A DNA stretch of 64,000 nt from an uncultured cyanobacterium (GCA_963744145.1 CAVUSO010000001.1:3136001-3200000), one strand, 5' to 3'; counted from the first letter of the stretch, positions 11,341 through 22,861 are shown. The notes: generated by a model not told the origin, from the sequence alone. Numbers and translations: made by a program.

Positions 11341-11522
11341 TGCTTTACCAATGGTAAAAGATTAAACTTGGTTGGTGGGCATTGTTTAATGTGTGAATGA
11401 CGCGACAATCAAGTTATGTTCCAAACGGATTATTTGGTAGAAAATCTGATGGCTCAAATGCTAATTGTTCATGTCATTCACACCGCTAAGTTTCCTTTTT
11501 TTTCGAGTCTGGAACACTTTTT

Positions 11523-11666
11523 AAACAGCTATTTGCATATATTTAACATGAACAGATTTTTCTTTTCACTAGTTACTTTCGAGGGAGAAATTTTGGTGTA
11601 AATCCCTACTTGTAAATTCCAATTCTATTAACATGAGGTAGCTTTTTTAGGCAGTTAGCGATCGCG
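11523..11666 (+). pseudogene. Degraded atpR (N-ATPase) 5' remnant
   Basis: TTTAACATGAACAG...CCAATTCTATTAACAT..GGTAGCTTTTTT..GCAGTTAGCGATCGC matches 42279-42443. Confidence 0.6.
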
Positions 11667-11793
11667 GTTCCTATCTGTAGTCTAACAACACAATTTAGGG
11701 CGATCGCGCTCATCTTCTGTTTGCAGCAAATTTACCTTAGACCTCAATATCGGTGTGCCTTGAACTTGGCTTCAAAAAGGAAAATAGAACCAA

Positions 11794-14207
11794 ATGAAGA
11801 AAAATACACTTTCCCCAGAACTGCTCCACAAAATAGACGCATACTGGCGTGCTGCTAACTATCTGTCGGTTGGGCAAATTTATCTCTACGACAATCCGTT
11901 GCTGAAGGAGCCGCTAAAACTCTCCCATGTCAAACCTTTAGTGGTCGGACATTGGGGCACAACGCCGGGTCAGAACTTCATCTATGTCCACTTGAATCGG
12001 GTGATCAGAAAGTATGACCTGGATATGTTCTATATCTCTGGTCCTGGTCATGGTGGTCCGGCGCTGGTAGGTAATACTTACCTCGAAGGTTCCTACAGTG
12101 AGATTTATCCAAACATCAGCCAAGACGAAGCCGGACTGAAAAAGCTGTTCAAGCAATTCTCATTTCCCGGCGGAATTTCCAGTCATGTTGCGCCAACAAC
12201 ACCAGGGTCAATTCACGAAGGAGGCGAGTTGGGATACTCCCTCAGCCATGCTTTCGGAGCTGCATTTGACAATCCCGATCTGATCGTTAGCTGCATCATT
12301 GGTGATGGTGAAGCGGAGACGGGTCCATTGGCGACCGCATGGCAGTCCAACAAGCTGCTCAACCCGATTACCGACGGTGCCGTTCTACCCATCCTACATC
12401 TGAATGGCTACAAAATCAACAATCCGACGATCCTGGCTCGCATTGAGCATGAGGAGTTAGAGCAATTTCTCCGAGGCTGCGGCTGGACACCTTACTTTGT
12501 AGCAGGCGATGAGCCAGAAAAGATGCACGAACTCATGGCTAGCACTCTAGACCAGGCGATCGAGGACATTCAGCAAATCCGCAGCAATGCCAGGAACAAC
12601 CATAACACCATGCGACCGCGTTGGCCGATGATCGTTCTTAAGTCGCCCAAGGGCTGGACAGGACCGAAATTTGTCGATGGTCTGCCCAACGAAGGTACAT
12701 CGCGATCGCACCAGGTGCCGCTGATTGTGGATGCCCAACATCCAGATCATGTCCAACAGTTAGAAAGCTGGATGAAGAGCTACAAAGCAGAAGAACTATT
12801 CGATCAGGATGGACGGTTGTTGCCGGAATTGGCAGAGTTAGCACCCCAGGGCGATCGACGGATGGGCGCGAACCCCCACACCAATGGCGGTCTGTTGCTG
12901 CGTGATCTGTGTCTGCCAAACTTCTATGACTATGCGGTGTCTGTACCTTCTCCCGGTGCTGTTGATGGTCAGGACACAATGATCCTAGGCAAATTCCTGC
13001 GTGATGTGATCAAGCTGAATCAACAGCAGAGGAATTTCCGCATCTTCGGCCCGATGAAACACTCTCGAATCTTTTGGGCGCGGTGTTTGAAGTCACGAAT
13101 CGTCAGTGGGAAGGACGGGAGGAAAAGAACGATGAGTTTCTCGCGCCTGCCGGACGGGTGGTGGATTCAATGCTCAGTGAACACCAGTGTGAGGGTTGGT
13201 TGGAAGGCTATTTGCTAACTGGGCGACACGGACTATTCAACAGCTATGAAGCCTTTATTCGGATCGTTGATTCGATGTTCAGTCAACATGCCAAATGGCT
13301 GAAAGTCACATCAGAACTACCTTGGCGACAGCCGATCGCCTCGCTGAACTATCTGCTGGCTTCCCACGTCTGGCAACAGGATCACAACGGCTTTACCCAC
13401 CAAGACCCGGGCTTCCTTGATCACGTTATCAATAAAAAAGCCGATATCGTGCGTGTATATCTACCACCTGATGCGAACTGTCTGCTGTCGGTCTTTGATC
13501 ACTGCTTGCGGAGCCGACACTACGTGAATGTAGTCGTGGCTGGTAAACACGCGCTCCCGCAATGGCTAACTATGGATGCAGCGATTACACATTGCACAGA
13601 AGGAATCGGGATCTGGCAATGGGCTAGTAATGATCAGGACGCTGAACCAGACGTAGTGATGGCTTGCTGTGGTGATACACCGACCCTTGAGATTTTGGCT
13701 GCTGTTTCTATCCTGCGTCTGCATCTGCCCGATCTGAAAATTCGGGTGATCAATGTCGTCGATCTGATGAAGTTACAGTCCGCTAGTGAACACCCGCATG
13801 GTCTGAGTGAAAAGGACTACGACTCACTGTTTACAACAGACAAACCCATTATCTTTGGCTTTCATGGCTATCCCTGGCTGGTACACCGACTGACCTATCG
13901 CCGACTCAACAACAACCTTCATGTTCGGGGCTACAAGGAAGAAGGCACGATCACAACAGCCTTTGATATCAGGGTGCAAAATGACCTGGATCGCTTTCAT
14001 CTGGTCCAAGATGTGGTCGATCGTCTGCCCAATTTGGGTACTAAGGGGGCTTATCTCAAGCAAATGATGCAGGACAAGCTGATTGAACACAAACAATACA
14101 TTAACCAGCACGGCGAAGACTTACCAGAAATCCGCAACTGGAAGTGGAGTTCGGAAGCAATGCAGAAAGGAAAACCGTTGGTGGAAAAAATGCCTGTACT
14201 GAACTGA
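11794..14207 (+). CDS. xfp: Phosphoketolase copy 1, 1-nt frameshift at ~13050
   Basis: [24 protein letters not shown]. Near-identical to 23118-25532. GGCCCGAT lacks one C relative to G-P-D-E in copy 2. Confidence 0.9.
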
Positions 14208-14264
14208 AACAATAGCTTTCGCGTACTGTTGGTAAATTTTTTGGAATTTTTCAGGACATCGAAC

Positions 14265-14534
14265 ATGACTACCCAGATTGAAGTTGAAGTTGTAGGTCGG
14301 AACACTCCGTTCACCAGGAATGGGGAATCATTACCAGGATCAAAGGTAGTGGTGCAAAGGACATGGCAGGTCATCCGGTCGAAAAAATCACAGTCGGTCT
14401 GGATGGCTTGCGCGATCGCTACAAAGAATGCCTCAAAGAATATTTTCAAATGGTCGCTTGCTTGGCCAAGTAACCCCAGATGATTACTGTGAGCATCGGA
14501 GCAAATACAATGCCATAATGGCAGGGCAGGGAGC
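14265..14534 (+). pseudogene. Collapsed remnant of the 60-aa ORF and class I aldolase
   Basis: ATGACTACCCAGATTGAAG (as 25578), fba fragment GACATGGCAGGTCATCCGGTCGAAAAAATCAC (as ~26210) and the fba 3' end, with large deletions. Confidence 0.85.
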
Positions 14535-15164
14535 ATGAACGCAAGTATACCCACCCCCCTACACATTTACTTCATTCGGCATGGTGAAACCGAATGGTCG
14601 CTCTCCGGCCAGCACACTGGTCGCACAGACATTCCTTTGACTGCGAACGGTGAGGACGAGGGACGGAAACTGGGTCAGTACCTCCGGGACATCCAATTTG
14701 CCCATGTGCTGACTAGCCCGCTCCATCGCGCCCGACAGACTTGTGCGTTGGTCGGGCTGGAGCAATTCCCAGAAATTGAGGCGGATTTGACCGAATGGGA
14801 CTATGGCGATTACGAAGGACAGCGATCTGTGGATATTCGCCAGGTGCGTCCAGGTTGGAATATTTTTCATGACGGTTGTCCGCAAGGTGAAATGCCTACA
14901 CAAATTTCCGATCGTGCTGATCGGCTCATCAATCGTCTTCGCACAATGGACGGAAATATTGCACTTTTTTCCCACGGTCAGTTCGGTGGTGTTTTAGCTG
15001 TGCGCTGGATTGGATTAGCGGTGGTCAAAGCGCAGCATTTTCCCCTTAGTACGGCGTCGTTGAGCATTTTGGCCTTTGACAACCACCACCCCACAGTGTC
15101 AGTCATTGCCTTGTGGAATAATGTGGCTTCTCACGCCATATTCAACGGTCAAAAGCTTTGGTAA
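14535..15164 (+). CDS. Histidine phosphatase (PGAM family) copy 1
   Basis: RHGETEWS...SPL.RA..T...E.DYG..EG...SHG. Confidence 0.92.
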   Translation: MNASIPTPLHIYFIRHGETEWSLSGQHTGRTDIPLTANGEDEGRKLGQYLRDIQFAHVLTSPLHRARQTCALVGLEQFPEIEADLTEWDYGDYEGQRSVDIRQVRPGWNIFHDGCPQGEMPTQISDRADRLINRLRTMDGNIALFSHGQFGGVLAVRWIGLAVVKAQHFPLSTASLSILAFDNHHPTVSVIALWNNVASHAIFNGQKLW

Positions 15165-15172
15165 ACAACTCA

Positions 15173-16360
15173 ATGAAAAGAGCTAATCCACGCATCCTGA
15201 CGATCAATGGTGGCTCGTCGAGTATCAAGTTCGCCCTATTCGAGTCTGGTGACTCCCTGCAACGGATACTGGAGGGCCAGATTGAACGGATTGGACTACC
15301 AGAAACTACCTGGTGGGTAAAAAGCTTAAACCAAGCAGACAACTTTTCGCAATTAGTGTCCGCACCGGATTACCAAGTGGCGGTGGGCACTCTGATGGAT
15401 TGGATCGAGGAACGCAATAGTCGTGATCCCTTGACGGCGGTGGGGCATCGTGTGGTGCATGGCGGGCCGAAGTATAGCAATCCGCAGTGGATTACTCCGG
15501 AAATGATTGAGGAACTGCACCAGATTAGTCCATTTGACCCTGAGCATCTGCCGGAAGAGATCCTGTTGACCGAGGCATTTCATCGCCGCTTTCCGGATCT
15601 GCCCCAAATAGCCTGTTTCGACACGGCTTTTCACCATGACCTGCCACAAGTAGCCCGGTTGTTGCCAATTCCGCGTCGCTATGAAGCGCAAGGTGTGCGA
15701 CGATACGGGTTTCATGGGTTGTCATATTCGTTCCTTATGGAAGAATTATCTCGTCTGTATGGAACAGAAGCAACACAATGTCGGGCAATTCTCGCTCACA
15801 TCGGGAATGGCACGAGCTTGACTGCGGTGCATCATGGTAAACCAGTAGATACTAGCATGAGTTTCACCCCGACAGCTGGAGTGCCGATGAGTACGCGATC
15901 GGGTGATCTTGATCCGGGATTGCTTTGCTATCTGGCTCGCACTGAAAAAATGAGCGTGAAGCAATTGAATGAGATGGTTAATTTCCAGTCCGGATTGCTC
16001 GGCATATCCGAAACTAGTTCTGATATGCGTGACTTGCTTGATCGGGAGAAACAGGACGAGCGGGCGGCGATCGCGATCGCGGTGTTTTGCTACCAGATCA
16101 AGAAATGGATCGGCGCATTCACCGCAGCATTGGGCGGACTGGATACGCTAGTGTTCGCGGGTGGAATCGGGGAGAATGCACCCATAATCCGCGCCCGAAT
16201 TTGTGATGGACTGGGGTTTCTTGGGATCGAACTTGAAGAAAAGCGCAATGCAGGGAATGAGGGTATAATTTCTGCCCAAACCAGCAGTGTTCCTGTCCGC
16301 GTCATTCGCACAGATGAAGCACTGATGATTGCACGCTTGGTGTGCCACGCACTTGGATAA
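15173..16360 (+). CDS. ackA: Acetate kinase copy 1
   Basis: INGGSSSIK, GHRVVHGG, FDTAFH, RRYGFHG, TRSGDLDP, GGIGEN. Confidence 0.95.
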   Translation: MKRANPRILTINGGSSSIKFALFESGDSLQRILEGQIERIGLPETTWWVKSLNQADNFSQLVSAPDYQVAVGTLMDWIEERNSRDPLTAVGHRVVHGGPKYSNPQWITPEMIEELHQISPFDPEHLPEEILLTEAFHRRFPDLPQIACFDTAFHHDLPQVARLLPIPRRYEAQGVRRYGFHGLSYSFLMEELSRLYGTEATQCRAILAHIGNGTSLTAVHHGKPVDTSMSFTPTAGVPMSTRSGDLDPGLLCYLARTEKMSVKQLNEMVNFQSGLLGISETSSDMRDLLDREKQDERAAIAIAVFCYQIKKWIGAFTAALGGLDTLVFAGGIGENAPIIRARICDGLGFLGIELEEKRNAGNEGIISAQTSSVPVRVIRTDEALMIARLVCHALG

Positions 16361-16484
16361 TAAACTTCTTGCAAAAATAATTAGGACAGGCAAGATGCCT
16401 GTCCCACAACAAAAAAAGACTCTTGTGGGACGGGCATCCTGCCTGTCCAATAAATTGCTCAAAAGTACTTTTGGAAGAGGTCTA
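16361..16484. mobile_element. MITE-like element with internal REP-like palindrome
   Basis: Ends TAAACTTCTTGCAAAA / TTTTGGAAGAGGTCTA. Inner GGACAGGCAAGATGCCTGTCCCACAA...TTGTGGGACGGGCATCCTGCCTGTCC. Confidence 0.7.
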
Positions 16485-18050
16485 ATGATGACTAAACAAA
16501 TTTCTCTCCATACCGCTTCTAAAAATCTATCTAGTCCACAGGATTTACTATCAACTTTGCAAGAACTTCGCCAGACCGTTGCCAGCGAAGGACAAGCTAC
16601 TTTTAATCAGTGGCGATCGCACATTCAGCGTCCTGAGTTTCTTTCCAGTGCTTTGAATTTAGCTGAATATCTAGCTTTACGTCGCCATGATCTACGCTCC
16701 CTCCAAACGGCACTAATCCCTTGGGGATTATCTTCCTTAGGACGGATTGAAGCAAGGGTGATGCCCAATCTTGATGCTGTCATTGCCACTTTGGCAGTCT
16801 TATGTGGCTCTAAATCTGTTGGGCACATCAAGCGTCCACCAATTGAGTCCTTTTTTGAGGGCGATCGCTTACTCCAACAGCACACGGAAGAATTATTTGG
16901 TCAGTCCCCACCCCAGCGTCGGGTCAGGATTATGGTCACCCTACCCAGTGAAGCTGCTACTAACTATGAAATGGTGCGAGAAATGATTCAACGAGGGGCA
17001 ACCTGTCTGCGAATTAACTGTGCCCATGATTCAACTGAATCCTGGAAAAGCATGATCGAGCATATCCGTCAAGCAGAACAGGAAACAGGAACACCTTGTA
17101 AAATCATGATGGACTTAGCTGGTCTGAAAATCCGCACGGGACCAGTATTTGCACCACTTGATCAAAAACGGTTATTTAAAGGAGATCAGATCCTGCTGTT
17201 GCGGTGTGTACCTAAACTTGAAAGTGAAGCAAAAACAGATAAGTCTACACCATCACAGGTAGACCATTTCCAAACTTGCTGTACAGCTCCCGAAATCCTC
17301 GATTTGTTAGGGGTTGACACTCCTGTGTATATCGACGATGGCAAGATTCGGACTCGCGTAGTTGATACCCATTACCCAGTAGGTGATGGAAAACCTGGAC
17401 TTTTACTCCAAGTAACTCATGCGAGCCCCAAAGGAGTCAAACTATTACCTGAAAAGGGTTTGAACTTTCCAGACACGGTTTTGCCACTCAGTCCACTGAC
17501 TGAAAAAGATTTATCTGATTTGGATTTTGTAGCTATCCATGCAGATATTATTGGCTATTCTTTTGTGCAATGTTCTAACGATATTGAATTACTTCAAAAA
17601 GAATTGAATAAGCGCTTAGTTAAACAGAATTTCCAACCAGCGATCGTTGCCAAGATTGAAACCGCGATCGCAGTTTCCAATCTACCAGAATTAATCATCT
17701 ATGCAGCAGGTAAACAATCCTTTGGCGTCATGATTGCTAGAGGTGACTTAGCGGTTGAAATTGGATACCAACGTTTAGCAGAGATCCAAGAAGAAATTCT
17801 CTGGCTATGTGAAGCTGCTCATATTCCTGTTATTTGGGCAACTCAAGTATTGGAAAGTTTAGTAAAAAACGGAACACCTTCGCGGGGAGAGATGACCGAT
17901 GCAGCAATGGCTGAACGCGCTGAGTGTGTGATGTTAAACAAAGGACCGTTTATTGCCGAAGCAATTACCATTCTGGATGACGTTCTTACACGCATGGAAA
18001 CCCATCAATTGAAAAAAACTCCCCAATTGCGGGCACTTCATCTGTGGTAA
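16485..18050 (+). CDS. pyk: Pyruvate kinase (N-terminally extended type)
   Basis: RINCAHD, IDDGKI, KGLNFP, VAKIET, MIARGDLAVE, WATQVLES, ECVMLNKG. Confidence 0.92.
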   Translation: MMTKQISLHTASKNLSSPQDLLSTLQELRQTVASEGQATFNQWRSHIQRPEFLSSALNLAEYLALRRHDLRSLQTALIPWGLSSLGRIEARVMPNLDAVIATLAVLCGSKSVGHIKRPPIESFFEGDRLLQQHTEELFGQSPPQRRVRIMVTLPSEAATNYEMVREMIQRGATCLRINCAHDSTESWKSMIEHIRQAEQETGTPCKIMMDLAGLKIRTGPVFAPLDQKRLFKGDQILLLRCVPKLESEAKTDKSTPSQVDHFQTCCTAPEILDLLGVDTPVYIDDGKIRTRVVDTHYPVGDGKPGLLLQVTHASPKGVKLLPEKGLNFPDTVLPLSPLTEKDLSDLDFVAIHADIIGYSFVQCSNDIELLQKELNKRLVKQNFQPAIVAKIETAIAVSNLPELIIYAAGKQSFGVMIARGDLAVEIGYQRLAEIQEEILWLCEAAHIPVIWATQVLESLVKNGTPSRGEMTDAAMAERAECVMLNKGPFIAEAITILDDVLTRMETHQLKKTPQLRALHLW

Positions 18051-18091
18051 TTCTTTTTACTGGCAATGCCAACTATCCCAAAAGGAATATT

Positions 18092-19201
18092 ATGATTAGT
18101 CATCAATCTCAATCAACGCAGCCCGTCGCACTACCTAACAGCGATCGCGTTGCAGTTTTGCTTGCAGGTTATGGTGAAGTACAATCTTTCCGCGATCTGA
18201 GTCTTTATAACCAAGCTGCAACTAAGTACATCGCGTCTCAGTTCTTACCGATCCCAGACTGGCTATACCCTCTGGCTGGTTGGCTGCTCACACTACAAGA
18301 TTTGTATAGTTTTGGAGTCAAGCATAATAATTTCATTTCACCTGAAAATGAGATTTTTGAAAAGCAACGTCTTGGTATTAAAGAACAGTTGCAAGAGCGA
18401 TGGGGAAATCGTGTAGAAGTATTCAAAGGCTTTTATTTCTGTCAGCCATTTGTGCAAGAAGTTGTAGCTGATATTATTGAGCAAGGTTTTCAGAATTTGC
18501 TGATTTATCCTTTGCTAGTGGTTGATTCTGCATTCACAGGCAAAATAGCTGTAGAGCAAGTCAATGAAGTTATTGCCGCAAATACATCGACCGATGAGCC
18601 GAACTATTCGATCTTCAAGACAATTCGATACATTCCAGCTTTTGCGACTGAGCCTGCTTATATTGATTTGATGGTACGTCAGATTAAGAAAACTCTGAAT
18701 CAGTCCTTTGCAAATCGTTTCTTTGAGTCTCGGATTGGGATTGTATTAACGGTTCATGGTGGTCCAGAAAAAGCCCAAGGATTGTTAACAGGGGTAATTG
18801 ATGGACAAATTCTTTACGATCGCGTGCAAGTACAGTTGCAACATGAATATCCCCTCATCTCGATCGGCTGGGTAAATCATGATATGCCTTTGATCAAATG
18901 GTCGCAACCCAATCTCAAACAAGCAGGAAAAAGCTTAATTGCAGCAGGTGCCCAAATCATTGTATTTAAACCTCTTGGTTGGGTAACAGATAATTATGAA
19001 ACTATTCTTGATGTGGAGGATGCAATTAAATCTTTGCAGCGTCAATATCCAACGGTGACTTATACTCGGTTCGGTTGTGTCAATGACGATCCTGATTTTC
19101 TAAAAATAGTAGCAGAATGGGCAAATCCTGACATTAAAGCCATGCTATCAGTGGCACAACACCATGATCATCAGCAAACTAGAAGAATTGATTTTGACTA
19201 A
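18092..19201 (+). CDS. Divergent ferrochelatase-family chelatase
   Basis: VAVLLAGYG, FCQPF, YPL, LTVHGGP, W.QP, DNYET, CVNDDPDF. No CAB tail. Confidence 0.75.
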   Translation: MISHQSQSTQPVALPNSDRVAVLLAGYGEVQSFRDLSLYNQAATKYIASQFLPIPDWLYPLAGWLLTLQDLYSFGVKHNNFISPENEIFEKQRLGIKEQLQERWGNRVEVFKGFYFCQPFVQEVVADIIEQGFQNLLIYPLLVVDSAFTGKIAVEQVNEVIAANTSTDEPNYSIFKTIRYIPAFATEPAYIDLMVRQIKKTLNQSFANRFFESRIGIVLTVHGGPEKAQGLLTGVIDGQILYDRVQVQLQHEYPLISIGWVNHDMPLIKWSQPNLKQAGKSLIAAGAQIIVFKPLGWVTDNYETILDVEDAIKSLQRQYPTVTYTRFGCVNDDPDFLKIVAEWANPDIKAMLSVAQHHDHQQTRRIDFD

Positions 19202-19241
19202 ACTTTTTGGCAATGTATTTTTTCAGATTAGAATATTTAAA

Positions 19242-20309
19242 ATGATTCGTTTAAAAAAGGAGTTACAACAATCCAGAGTAATTTTGTATCGGTTGTCTGT
19301 AGTCGTTGTTTCTGCAACTGCTATTAGCTTAGGAAGTTGTTCGTCAAATGCACCTTCAACTAATTCAGGTTCTCCTCAAATTCAATCTGCTGCGAATCGA
19401 AAAGAATTGCAGATTGTGACAACCTTTATTCCAATTACAGATTTTACCAAAGCAGTCGCAGGCGATCGCGCCCAAGTAACACAACTACTTCCCACCAATG
19501 CTGACCCCCATGACTTTCAGGCAAAACCGATCGACGATCAGAAACTAGCTAAAGCTGATGTGTTAGTTGAAAACGGACTGGGGATGGAGACATTTCTGGG
19601 GAACATGGTCAAAAATGTAGGAAATGCCAACCTGAAAGTGATTGATTCGAGTCAAGGAGTGCAGAGGATTACAACCGCATCCGTTGGAATAGGTAAACAG
19701 CAGCAAGAAACTGGAAACAATCAAGAAGAGTTCAACCCGCACATCTGGCTTGATCCCAAGCGAGCCATTCGTCAAGTAGAAAACATTCGGGATGGGTTAA
19801 TTGCTGCTGATTCCGGAGGAAAAGATGTTTACAGCAATAATGCTGCTACCTATATTCAAAGGTTGCGAGAACTCGATCAGGAAGCCACAAAAATGCTTCA
19901 GCCCTTTGCGGGTAAAACCTTTGTTGTTTTCCACGACTTTGCACCCTACTTTGCTCAGAGCTACAACTTGAAAGCCATTTTTCTGGTGGATGTACCAGAA
20001 GGTAATCCATCTCCCAAAGATGTTAAGCGAATCATGGATATGGTTAAGGTAAGCAAGCTCAAAACGCTCCTAGCGGAACCTGAGATGGGAAAAGACGCAT
20101 TTGCAGCAATAGCAAAGGATTTGCACGTTCAAGTCACTACGTTTTACTCGATGGAAACTGGTGGATCTGAAGCTCTGCAACCAGATTACTACATGACTAC
20201 TATGCGACAGAATATTAAAACTCTAGTAATAGCATTCACTGGTCAATCGACTCAATCTTTCCTGCGGTTTCCGAAGGAGTTAGAGCGAAGGTTGAGGATG
20301 TTTACTTGA
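19242..20309 (+). CDS. Zn/Mn ABC transporter substrate-binding lipoprotein (ZnuA-like)
   Basis: Lipobox LGSC. DPHDF, NGLGME, NPHIWLDP, FHD. Confidence 0.9.
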   Translation: MIRLKKELQQSRVILYRLSVVVVSATAISLGSCSSNAPSTNSGSPQIQSAANRKELQIVTTFIPITDFTKAVAGDRAQVTQLLPTNADPHDFQAKPIDDQKLAKADVLVENGLGMETFLGNMVKNVGNANLKVIDSSQGVQRITTASVGIGKQQQETGNNQEEFNPHIWLDPKRAIRQVENIRDGLIAADSGGKDVYSNNAATYIQRLRELDQEATKMLQPFAGKTFVVFHDFAPYFAQSYNLKAIFLVDVPEGNPSPKDVKRIMDMVKVSKLKTLLAEPEMGKDAFAAIAKDLHVQVTTFYSMETGGSEALQPDYYMTTMRQNIKTLVIAFTGQSTQSFLRFPKELERRLRMFT

Positions 20310-21070
20310 AGGAAATTGTACTATCAGTTGATCAACTAACCGTTTATCGGGAAAGCTACGCAGCGGTGCAAGATGTTTCTTTCTCCCTAGAATCAGGAAC
20401 AGATACATCAATCGTCGGTCCCAACGGGGGTGGTAAAACGACATTGGTTCAAGCCATTTTGGGAATTTTGCCTAGACATTCAGGTAAAATATCCATCCTG
20501 GGTCAAACCCTCACTCCTAAAGGATTTCTCCCATCACATATCCGTCAGCAAATCGCTTATTTACCACAGAACTTTCTGGTTGATCGTCGCATTCCTATCA
20601 CGGTAGAAGAACTGGTAGGTTTAGGTTGGGATAAGTTGGGGTTTCAGCTACCCTGGGTTAATCACAAAAAACGGAATCATGCTGTTCAAGATGCTTTGAC
20701 AAGGGTTAATGCAATCCGTCTCCGACATCAACTAATTGGTGGGCTTTCAGGGGGTGAAACTAAGCGGATGTTACTGGCATATTGTTTAGTTTACCCGCGT
20801 CGATTACTGATTCTTGATGAAGCTCCTGCTGGGTTAGATATGCTTGCTGAGTCAGAGTTTTATCAACTGTTATATCAACTCAAGCAAGAACAGGGTTGGA
20901 CAATTTTGCAGATTTCCCACGATCTGGATATGGTACGACAACATTGCGATCGCGTCCTCTGTATAAATCGCACCTTACGCTGTCAAGGACCCCCAGGAGT
21001 GACTCTCTCTCCCGATAATCTTTCTGCTACCTACGGAAAAGACTTTGTTCAATACCACCATTCCCATTAA
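20306..21070 (+). CDS. Zn/Mn ABC transporter ATPase (ZnuC-like)
   Basis: GPNGGGKTT, YLPQ, LSGGE, ILDE, SHD, C-terminal HHSH. Confidence 0.92.
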   Translation: MKEIVLSVDQLTVYRESYAAVQDVSFSLESGTDTSIVGPNGGGKTTLVQAILGILPRHSGKISILGQTLTPKGFLPSHIRQQIAYLPQNFLVDRRIPITVEELVGLGWDKLGFQLPWVNHKKRNHAVQDALTRVNAIRLRHQLIGGLSGGETKRMLLAYCLVYPRRLLILDEAPAGLDMLAESEFYQLLYQLKQEQGWTILQISHDLDMVRQHCDRVLCINRTLRCQGPPGVTLSPDNLSATYGKDFVQYHHSH

Positions 21071-21081
21071 CATTATTCCTC

Positions 21082-21921
21082 ATGTTTCTTCAAACAGAAC
21101 TCACTCAAATTGTTGAACTATTTCAACTACCCTTTATGCAACGGGCATTGATCGGCGGTATCCTGACTGGGTTACTAGGTGGGATTTTGGGAAGTTTTAC
21201 TATTTTAAGGCAGTTGTCTTTCTTCAGTGATGCCCTAGGACATTCAGCTTTATTAGGTCTTAGTATCGGATTTTTATTACAACTTAATCCCTCTCTGGTG
21301 TTACTTCCCTTCGCAGTTGTCTTTGCTTTAGCAGTGTCTTATTTGTTGGAACATACCCGTTTATGGACTGATGCGTTACTCAATATTATCTCTTCCTCAT
21401 CAATGGCGATCGCCATTATTACTCTCAGTTTTGTCGGGCAGTACAAAGGTGGAATAAATAACCTTTTGTTTGGAGATATTTTGGCAGTCCAAGAAGTAGA
21501 TTTAGTCTTCAGCGGTTTGCTATTAATTGTCTGCATTATGTTTATTGGGCTAACCTTGCGAACCCAAATGTTACTGACCGTAGATGAATCCTTGGCTCTT
21601 TCTCGTGGGGTATCAGTATCAACTCATCGCATGATATTTATTGTGCTACTGTCGTTAGTGGTGGGAATTTCCATTAAGTCGATCGGTGTGTTATTAGTTA
21701 GTGCATTTATAGTGATTCCAGCTTGTGCAGCCGAACTGCTTAGTCGCACATTCACACATTACCTATCGTTAGCAGTAGGATTAGGAGCATTAAGTGCTGT
21801 GTTCGGAATGGTGATTTCAGCTTGGTTTAATTTACCATCCGGTCCTAGTATTGTGGCGACGCAATTAGCAATCTTTCTAACTGCAATGGCTTTACCTCGT
21901 CTTCGCTCATTGACTCATTAG
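21082..21921 (+). CDS. Zn/Mn ABC transporter permease (ZnuB-like)
   Basis: FMQRAL, DALGHSAL, LFGDIL, PSGPSIV. Confidence 0.92.
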   Translation: MFLQTELTQIVELFQLPFMQRALIGGILTGLLGGILGSFTILRQLSFFSDALGHSALLGLSIGFLLQLNPSLVLLPFAVVFALAVSYLLEHTRLWTDALLNIISSSSMAIAIITLSFVGQYKGGINNLLFGDILAVQEVDLVFSGLLLIVCIMFIGLTLRTQMLLTVDESLALSRGVSVSTHRMIFIVLLSLVVGISIKSIGVLLVSAFIVIPACAAELLSRTFTHYLSLAVGLGALSAVFGMVISAWFNLPSGPSIVATQLAIFLTAMALPRLRSLTH

Positions 21922-21983
21922 CATCAAAATTGACCACTCATGCTGCGATGATATATTAAATAATTCTATTACGAGCTTTATAA

Positions 21984-22556
21984 ATGTTAACAGTTAAACC
22001 TCGATTTACAACCTTTGAAGAATACCTAACATACAATGACAATTCTGATCGGATCTGTGAATTATTTAATGGAGAATTGATTGAAGTGCCGACCGAGTCA
22101 GGGTTAAATATCCAAATCACCAATCGTCTTTTTTTGATTTTTGCTTTGATGCTGGGAACTGATCGAGTCAGAGGACAAGGATTAGAACTAGAAGTCAGAG
22201 GTGAACCCAAAAACCGTTATCCCGATCTAACTATTATTCGAGAAGAACATATTCAACAATTATCAAAGCGTAATACTATTCGCCTTTCAATGTCACCTCC
22301 GATCTTAGTGATTGAAGTAGTTAGTCCCGGAGAAATACAAAGAGATCGAGACTACATCGCAAAGAAAATGCAATATCAGGATTGTGGTATTCCTGAATAC
22401 TGGATTGTTGACCCCCAAACTAAAACTATCCTAGTCTTAAAACTTATGGGAGATGCTTATAAAGAAGTAGGTAGTTTTAGTAATGACGATTTACTGCAAT
22501 CTCCCGAATTTAGAGAACTAAATTTAAAGGTTTCCGAAGTATTTAACCCAAATTAA
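21984..22556 (+). CDS. Uma2 family endonuclease
   Basis: ELFNGEL, RYPDL, LVIEVVSPG, DY..K..Y...GIPEYWIVDP. Confidence 0.92.
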   Translation: MLTVKPRFTTFEEYLTYNDNSDRICELFNGELIEVPTESGLNIQITNRLFLIFALMLGTDRVRGQGLELEVRGEPKNRYPDLTIIREEHIQQLSKRNTIRLSMSPPILVIEVVSPGEIQRDRDYIAKKMQYQDCGIPEYWIVDPQTKTILVLKLMGDAYKEVGSFSNDDLLQSPEFRELNLKVSEVFNPN

Positions 22557-22664
22557 AAAACTGGTCTAATGTTGTAGTTCCCTCCAAGATTACATCAGGT
22601 ATTGTTTTCTAGTTTGTCATCTTTCCTTCCGAGATCCAATTAATAGTGCAATCTATCGATAAAA

Positions 22665-22780
22665 TTTGTAAAGATTTGAAAACTTTTAGTACTAAATATA
22701 CAAATTATACACTAATTAAACCTTTGGTTAAACATTATTTCTAACCGAAGTGTGTCAGACTAATATTATTAATAAATTCA
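22665..22780 (+). promoter_or_regulatory. Conserved upstream module copy B with HLR1-like repeat
   Basis: TTTGTAAA-GA-TTTGAAAA...TATACAAATTATACAC...GTTAAACA...CGAAGTGTGTCAGACT. Confidence 0.7.
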
Positions 22781-22861
22781 GACTAAATTGACCGCTTTAA
22801 ATTTTGCTTGCAGCAGTGAAATAAGGACACTTTCTCAACCAGCTATCTTAAGAGATTTAAC

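Noticed and set aside
13040..13060. Programmed ribosomal frameshift in xfp1 (and glgP, pgm)
   Set aside because: No slippery heptamer; paralog xfp2 is continuous; a homopolymer indel is the simpler explanation
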